A DNA stretch of 64,000 nt from the NCBI GenBank assembly GCA_965216515.1, contig OZ244173.1, positions 2,547,588 to 2,611,587 on the forward strand, given 5' to 3'. Both the position numbers and the translations under genes were made by a program. This document shows, piece by piece, positions 60,201 to 64,000 of this stretch (within the stretch, counting starts at the first letter, position 1; every line of letters begins with the position of its first letter). The stretch comes from Afifellaceae bacterium (lineage in GTDB: Bacteria; Pseudomonadota; Alphaproteobacteria; Rhizobiales; Afifellaceae). Below the pieces are notes generated by a model. That model made no database searches. It had not been told where the DNA came from and saw nothing but the letters and a program-made list of their open reading frames with translations.

Positions 60201-60807
60201 GATGGCGTCCGGCGCGATGCCAGACGCCACCGTGGACATGGCGGCGGCATTGCGGGGCACGGTGATTCACGGCCTGTTGCAAAAGTTGCCGGATGTCGAT
60301 CCGGAAATGCGTGAGGCCGCGGCCCGCGATCATTTGCGGTCGCTGATCCCGGACGATGCGGCGCAGGCGGAGGCATTGGCGCGCGAAGCACTGAATGTCG
60401 TCGCCGCTGCGGATTTCGCCCGCTTTTTCGGGCCGCGAAGCCGTGCCGAAGTGGAGATCGGCGAAGAGCTGACGATTGTCACCGGCAAGGAAGGGCGCGG
60501 CCGGAAAACGCGCACATGTTCGGTCAGCGGCAGGATCGACCGCCTCGCCATCCACGATGACCGGATCGATATCGTCGACTTCAAGACCGGCCGCCAAATT
60601 CCCCGGCGTGCCGATGAGATCGATCCGGCGATCGTCGGGCAACTGGCGCTTTATCGGCATGCGGTATCGCGGATCCTGCCCGGCCGGCCGGTCGTCGCCC
60701 ATATCATTTGGACCGCGAAACCGAGCGCCATGACCGTGCCGGCGCGGGCCCTGGACTCCGCGCTTGCACGATTGGGAATCGAAACAGCCGGCGCGGTTGT
60801 TGATTGA
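57220..60807 (+). CDS. addA: Double-strand break repair helicase-nuclease AddA
   Basis: Start at ATG 57220 (MTSPPGADPARAADTFERQWQASD...), with UvrD-like helicase motifs (ANAGSGKTHVLTQRV, LVDEAQDT) and a C-terminal nuclease (IVDFKTGRQIP). Confidence 0.9.
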   Translation: MTSPPGADPARAADTFERQWQASDPDASAWVVANAGSGKTHVLTQRVLRLLLAGADPASILCLTYTKAAASEMANRIFKELAIWAWSEDPALDRHIEALQGALPRPGQRAAARALFAKALDTPGGLRVQTIHAFCERLLHQFPIEANVPGRFEVLEGPAQEALMTAAREKVMRRAANEAGVAEALQTMAELAADSDIFGALQAMLAKREALADWKRRVGNADGPGSLAGLIDDLDAAFQLQPGDNEETVAERFLGDQPLTLIGAHGAELLRQLEAHPGATNDTMADWVRQYLGARSAAEKAAAALSFYLKADGSPKSPGRALTKAVQGSYQNYYDQFDSDAQLCLTLRNDLLAVRTVAATTALLTVADRVLAEYAKAKKASGALDFDDLVFRTRNLLSRSAMRDWVLYKLDSGIAHILVDEAQDTNPAQWEIVQALAEDFFSGDTARTGVRSLFAVGDDKQSIYSFQGAVPAKLAEMRDRFRSDIEGAGLRFAEKPLFLSFRSAQAVLAAVDRVFSGDLEQRITRLGYEAHAAYHTDRPGDVVIWDRVVRRKGDPPENWTDPYDAPSIADIALADRIVDEIANLLERREDFPAPMPAEPGEILVLTRKRDAFFRAVNSALKARRIPAVGADRIEVAKHIIVQDLLALSDVIGLPEDDLQLAACLKSPLFGLTDEDILEFAPQRGRMSLLSALQARDSEKARRASTKLSRWRQQAQLLTPFAFFARLLAVDGGYRDFHSRFGAEADDVLDMFLTEARVYEERNPPTLQGFAAYLRAGAGDIKRDHEGPAGGVRVMTVHGAKGLEADFVFLVDTGGAVSSACHREPVLALAEHSADFGWFGAPPLVWRRKAAEATGRQGEADRIADAAAEAEYARLLYVAMTRARRRLYVCGIRGPMTPADCWYGLVERKLVPSEAARDDDGELAEPFWWPPRTPGQNDPVRKPAARSGIPDPAVAGRTLPEWMVKPVPSPGLLPIPLRPSRALAEPDPVQPDGDRMASGAMPDATVDMAAALRGTVIHGLLQKLPDVDPEMREAAARDHLRSLIPDDAAQAEALAREALNVVAAADFARFFGPRSRAEVEIGEELTIVTGKEGRGRKTRTCSVSGRIDRLAIHDDRIDIVDFKTGRQIPRRADEIDPAIVGQLALYRHAVSRILPGRPVVAHIIWTAKPSAMTVPARALDSALARLGIETAGAVVD

Positions 60808-60942
60808 GCCGGATTGGCGGGCCGGATTGGCAGGATTGTGAACCCGCCGATAGCCGGCGTTGCTTGACCCTGGCCGATGCCGTTCCTACTTTCCGGGCGA
60901 CCCGTTGACGAATCGCGGACATTTGCCGCTCAGGAGAAATTC

Positions 60943-61263
60943 ATGACCACCAAAACCGTAACCGATGCCAGTTTTGAATCGGATGTGCTGAATGCACCCG
61001 AGCCCGTAGTTGTGGATTTTTGGGCGGAATGGTGTGGCCCCTGCAAGATGATCGGCCCGCATCTGGAGCAGCTGTCGGACGAGATGGCAGGCAAGGTGAA
61101 AATCGTCAAACTGAATGTCGACGAGAATCAGAACACGGCCATCAAATATGGTGTGCGCTCGATTCCGACCCTGATCATGTTCAAGAATGGCGAACCGTCC
61201 GACATGAAGATCGGCGCGGTGCCGAAAAGCGATCTCCAGAAATGGGTTGAAAACGCCGCCTGA
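60943..61263 (+). CDS. trxA: Thioredoxin
   Basis: Start at ATG 60943 with an AGGAGA RBS (MTTKTVTDASFESDVL...DFWAEWCGPCKMI). Confidence 0.9.
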   Translation: MTTKTVTDASFESDVLNAPEPVVVDFWAEWCGPCKMIGPHLEQLSDEMAGKVKIVKLNVDENQNTAIKYGVRSIPTLIMFKNGEPSDMKIGAVPKSDLQKWVENAA

Positions 61264-61371
61264 TCCCGGTCGCGGCCATCGGCGGACTTGTACGGCGGTG
61301 GTCTGCCGGTCCGGCGGGCCGGGGGATTGGCGCTGTCGGCGCGGCGCGCGGATTTTCGGCCGTTGCCGGCG

Positions 61372-62685
61372 TTAGGCCGGCATAAGGCCATTGTCCCGGA
61401 GCACGGCGCCGGCGAGGTAAAGGGAGCCGCAGATCAGCACACGCGGGGCCGGGCCGGCATCCTGGCGCGTCACTTCCGCGCACGCCGCCTCGAAGCTTTC
61501 CATCGCCCGGGCCGGAAGGTCGACGCTCATGGCCGCGGCAGCCAGGTCGTCCGGCGCATAGCCGGATTCGGTATCGGGAACCGGAACGGTCAGCGCCTGC
61601 CGCGCAATTCCGGCAAATGGTGCAAAAAAGCCTGCCGGGTCCTTCGTGGTCATCAATCCGACGATCAGGACGAGCGGCCGCGGATTGCGTTCTTCCAGGT
61701 CCCCCATGGTTTCGGCAAGCGCGATGCCGGCCGACGGATTATGGCCGCCATCGATCCAGATTTCCGCCCCCGCAGGGAGCTTCGACGTCAACGGACCGCT
61801 GCCCACATTCTGCAGCCGGGCCGGCCATTGCGCGTTTGTCAGGCCGGCTCCGATGTCTTTGTCGGCGGTCCCGATACCGCTCGCCCGCAGCGTGGCGATC
61901 GCCGTTCCCGCATTGACAACCTGGTGGTTGCCGATCAGCCGTGGCAGGGGCAGGTCGAGCAACCCGTTGTCATCCTGATAGACCAGGCGTCCGCGCTCGG
62001 CGGAAACCATCCAGTCCTCGCCATGACGAAACAGTTGCGCGCCGGCTGCTTCCGCCTCCAACGCGATCATCGCCATGGCATGCTCGTTCTGGGGCGCGAC
62101 GATGCCGATGGATCCCCGTTTGAGGATTCCGGCCTTTTCCGCGGCGATTCCGGCGAGATCGGAACCCAAAAACTCCGGGTGATCGTGGGACACGGGCGTA
62201 ATCACGCTGGCCAGTGGTTTGTCGACCACATTGGTGGCGTCGAAACGCCCGCCGAGGCCGACCTCCAGGAGGCAATAGTCGGCCGGATGCGCGGCGAACA
62301 GGTCAAATGCGATCGCCGTGGTGATCTCAAAATAGGTGATCGCGTCGCCCTCGTTGATTGCTCGCACCCGCTCGATCGCGGCGATCAATGTAGCGTCGTC
62401 GACGATCTGGCCGCCACCGGACCGCCCCAGCCGGATCCTTTCGTTGAAGCGCACCAGATGCGGTGATGTATAGGCGTGAACACGCGCGCCCGCCGCTTCA
62501 AGCATGGCGCGCAGAAATGCAAGGGTCGAACCTTTGCCATTCGTGCCGGCGATATGGATGATCGGCGGCAGGCGGTCCTGGGGCCGTCCCAGCCGTTCCA
62601 GCAATATCTCGATCCGGTCGAGCGAAAGATCGATCCGTTTGGGATGAAGCGCGGTCAGCGCTTCAAGGCTCGCGGGTACGGTCAC
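61372..62685 (-). CDS. folC: Bifunctional folylpolyglutamate synthase / dihydrofolate synthase
   Basis: The start is placed at GTG 62685 (VTVPASLEAL...IIHIAGTNGKGST), 6 nt after the accD stop, giving 437 aa. The track ORF start at 63012 would overlap accD by 320 nt. Confidence 0.8.
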   Translation of the reverse strand: MTVPASLEALTALHPKRIDLSLDRIEILLERLGRPQDRLPPIIHIAGTNGKGSTLAFLRAMLEAAGARVHAYTSPHLVRFNERIRLGRSGGGQIVDDATLIAAIERVRAINEGDAITYFEITTAIAFDLFAAHPADYCLLEVGLGGRFDATNVVDKPLASVITPVSHDHPEFLGSDLAGIAAEKAGILKRGSIGIVAPQNEHAMAMIALEAEAAGAQLFRHGEDWMVSAERGRLVYQDDNGLLDLPLPRLIGNHQVVNAGTAIATLRASGIGTADKDIGAGLTNAQWPARLQNVGSGPLTSKLPAGAEIWIDGGHNPSAGIALAETMGDLEERNPRPLVLIVGLMTTKDPAGFFAPFAGIARQALTVPVPDTESGYAPDDLAAAAMSVDLPARAMESFEAACAEVTRQDAGPAPRVLICGSLYLAGAVLRDNGLMPA

Positions 62686-62690
62686 GGCGA

Positions 62691-63836
62691 TCAGTCCTTG
62701 TTCGTGGACACGGCTTCGGCGGTCTTCGGCGCCTGCCCTGAATTGGATTTCCCGGCACTGGCGGCATCGCCGCCATCGGCTTTCGGCGTTGACCGGTTTT
62801 TGCCCGCGCCCGCGATTTTCATCGCGGGGTCCCTGCCGGTCGCGTCCGCTTCCGGGCTGTCCCTGGCGTCGGGTTCGTCGGCGGCGTCCGGCAAATCCTC
62901 GCTCGCGCCGCTTTCGGCGTGTTCCGGATCCTGGTCGCCGGGAATTGCGATGCGTGTCGCGACCTCCTGCACGCTGATCGGCAATTCCCCTTGCCCGGTC
63001 AAAATGCGGCACAGTTGCGCCAGCGTCGGCCGCAATTCGTGGCGATGCACGACCAGGTCGACCATGCCATGTTCACGCAGATACTCCGCCCGCTGGAAGC
63101 CGTCCGGCAGCTTTTCCCGGATCGTCTGTTCTATGACCCTCGGGCCGGCAAAACCGATCAGCGCGCCCGGTTCGGCGATATGGATGTCGCCAAGCATCGC
63201 ATAGGATGCGGTCACGCCTCCGGTTGTCGGATTTGTGAGCACCACAAGATAGGGCAGCCGGGCATTCTTGAGCCGCCCCACGGCGGCGGTCGTGCGCGGC
63301 AGCTGCATGAGCGACAGGATGCCCTCCTGCATGCGCGCGCCACCGGATGCGGCGACCATGATGAACGGCAGCTTCTGTTCGACAGCATGCGTTGCTGCGG
63401 TGATGAATGCCTCCCCGGCCGCCATGCCGAGTGAACCGCCCATGAAATCGAAATCCTGCACGGCGACCACCACCTCGGTGTCCAGGATCTTGCCCGCGCC
63501 GGCGATGATGGCGTCATCGTGGCCTGTTTTGGCCTTGGCGGCCTTCAGCCGTTCCGAATAGCGGCGCTCGTCGCGAAACCGCAGGGGATCGATCGCTGCG
63601 GCAGGCATCTCGACCGGCGTCCACTGGCCATCGTCGAACAACAGCCTGAGCCTGGTCTGCGCATCGATCCGCTGATGGTATCCGGAACCCGGAAAGACGA
63701 ACTGGTTCGCCTCCAGATCCTTGTGAAAGACCATCTCGCCGGTTTCCGGGCACTTGACCCAGAGATTTTCCGGCGCATCCCGCTTGGTGAGGAGACCCCT
63801 GATTTTCGGGCGAACGACGTTGGAAATCCAGTTCAC
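62691..63836 (-). CDS. accD: Acetyl-CoA carboxylase carboxyltransferase beta subunit, with a ~90-aa acidic low-complexity C-terminal tail
   Basis: GTG start at 63836 ([13 protein letters not shown], compare E. coli MSWIERIKSN), with the carboxyltransferase core ([18 protein letters not shown]). The N-terminal region has only one Cys where enteric AccD has a C4 zinc finger. Confidence 0.9.
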   Translation of the reverse strand: MNWISNVVRPKIRGLLTKRDAPENLWVKCPETGEMVFHKDLEANQFVFPGSGYHQRIDAQTRLRLLFDDGQWTPVEMPAAAIDPLRFRDERRYSERLKAAKAKTGHDDAIIAGAGKILDTEVVVAVQDFDFMGGSLGMAAGEAFITAATHAVEQKLPFIMVAASGGARMQEGILSLMQLPRTTAAVGRLKNARLPYLVVLTNPTTGGVTASYAMLGDIHIAEPGALIGFAGPRVIEQTIREKLPDGFQRAEYLREHGMVDLVVHRHELRPTLAQLCRILTGQGELPISVQEVATRIAIPGDQDPEHAESGASEDLPDAADEPDARDSPEADATGRDPAMKIAGAGKNRSTPKADGGDAASAGKSNSGQAPKTAEAVSTNKD

Positions 63837-63851
63837 GAGACTTGACCTGTC

Positions 63852-64000
63852 CTATTCCGCGGCGATCTGGCGCGAGGCTCGCACACCTTGTGCGAGCGCT
63901 TTGACCAGTTCGCCAACCGCACCGACCGTATCACCGGCTGCCCGGCCCTGGTCATCCAGGTGGCTGTGGATCGTGCCGACAACGGCTGAGCCGACGACGA
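63852..64000 (-). CDS. trpA: Tryptophan synthase alpha subunit, C-terminal ~49 codons (5' part beyond the window end)
   Basis: The minus-strand frame ending at TAG (63852-63854) reads ...VVGSAVVGTIHSHLDDQGRAAGDTVGAVGELVKALAQGVRASRQIAAE*, consistent with a TrpA C-terminus. This matches the conserved trpA-accD-folC order. Confidence 0.5.
   Translation of the reverse strand, partial: VVGSAVVGTIHSHLDDQGRAAGDTVGAVGELVKALAQGVRASRQIAAE

Overview
This 64-kb window is a high-GC (about 65%) alpha-proteobacterial chromosomal segment. It is gene-dense core genome with 57 coding loci called. No tRNA or rRNA, no CRISPR array, and no transposase or integrase was found.

Gene order, left to right:
- mnmG (5' part) <- mnmE <- rho, all on the minus strand; rsmG-parAB are expected just beyond coordinate 1.
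- hemJ <- hemE (minus), then a 398-bp AT-rich spacer (6680-7077), then the tightly coupled plus-strand operon DUF299(RP001-like)-maf-aroE-coaE, followed by dnaQ. This matches the conserved alpha-proteobacterial origin-of-replication cluster known from Caulobacter Cori, so the hemE/DUF299 spacer is proposed as oriC.
- secB, fxsA, a Tim44-like protein, mltA, smr, an olsB-like acyltransferase, comM, a GT25 glycosyltransferase, a CPA2 antiporter, an MltB-like transglycosylase, gshB, yraN, rsmI, an LpoA/LppC-like lipoprotein, a YeeE/YedE pair, and rph-rdgB-hemW.
- Heat-shock genes hrcA-grpE, and dnaK-dnaJ 12 kb further on.
- A flotillin-like SPFH protein, a VOC-family protein, an MFS transporter, an orphan AapJ-like solute-binding protein translationally coupled to a membrane class III adenylate cyclase, pyrE, a frameshifted GMC oxidoreductase, alkB, a DUF2029 membrane protein, an FMN reductase and ahcY.
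- A DivL-type kinase (Tyr in place of the phospho-His), a tsaE-phosphotransferase fusion, murU, addB, addA, trxA, folC, accD and the 3' end of trpA.

Hunt highlights:
- a putative oriC;
- a possible solute-binding-protein-dependent cAMP signalling module;
- twin perfect 16-bp palindromes flanking the mnmE-mnmG spacer;
- an exact 46-bp tandem duplication plus a UUCG hairpin between hrcA and grpE;
- a GANTC (CcrM-site) cluster in the 530-bp leader of the divL-like gene;
- a CtrA-box-like TTAA-N7-TTAA with an embedded GANTC upstream of mnmE;
- sigma32-like promoters of shared architecture on hrcA, grpE and dnaK.

All calls rest on reading the sequence and the supplied ORF translations. No database search was run.
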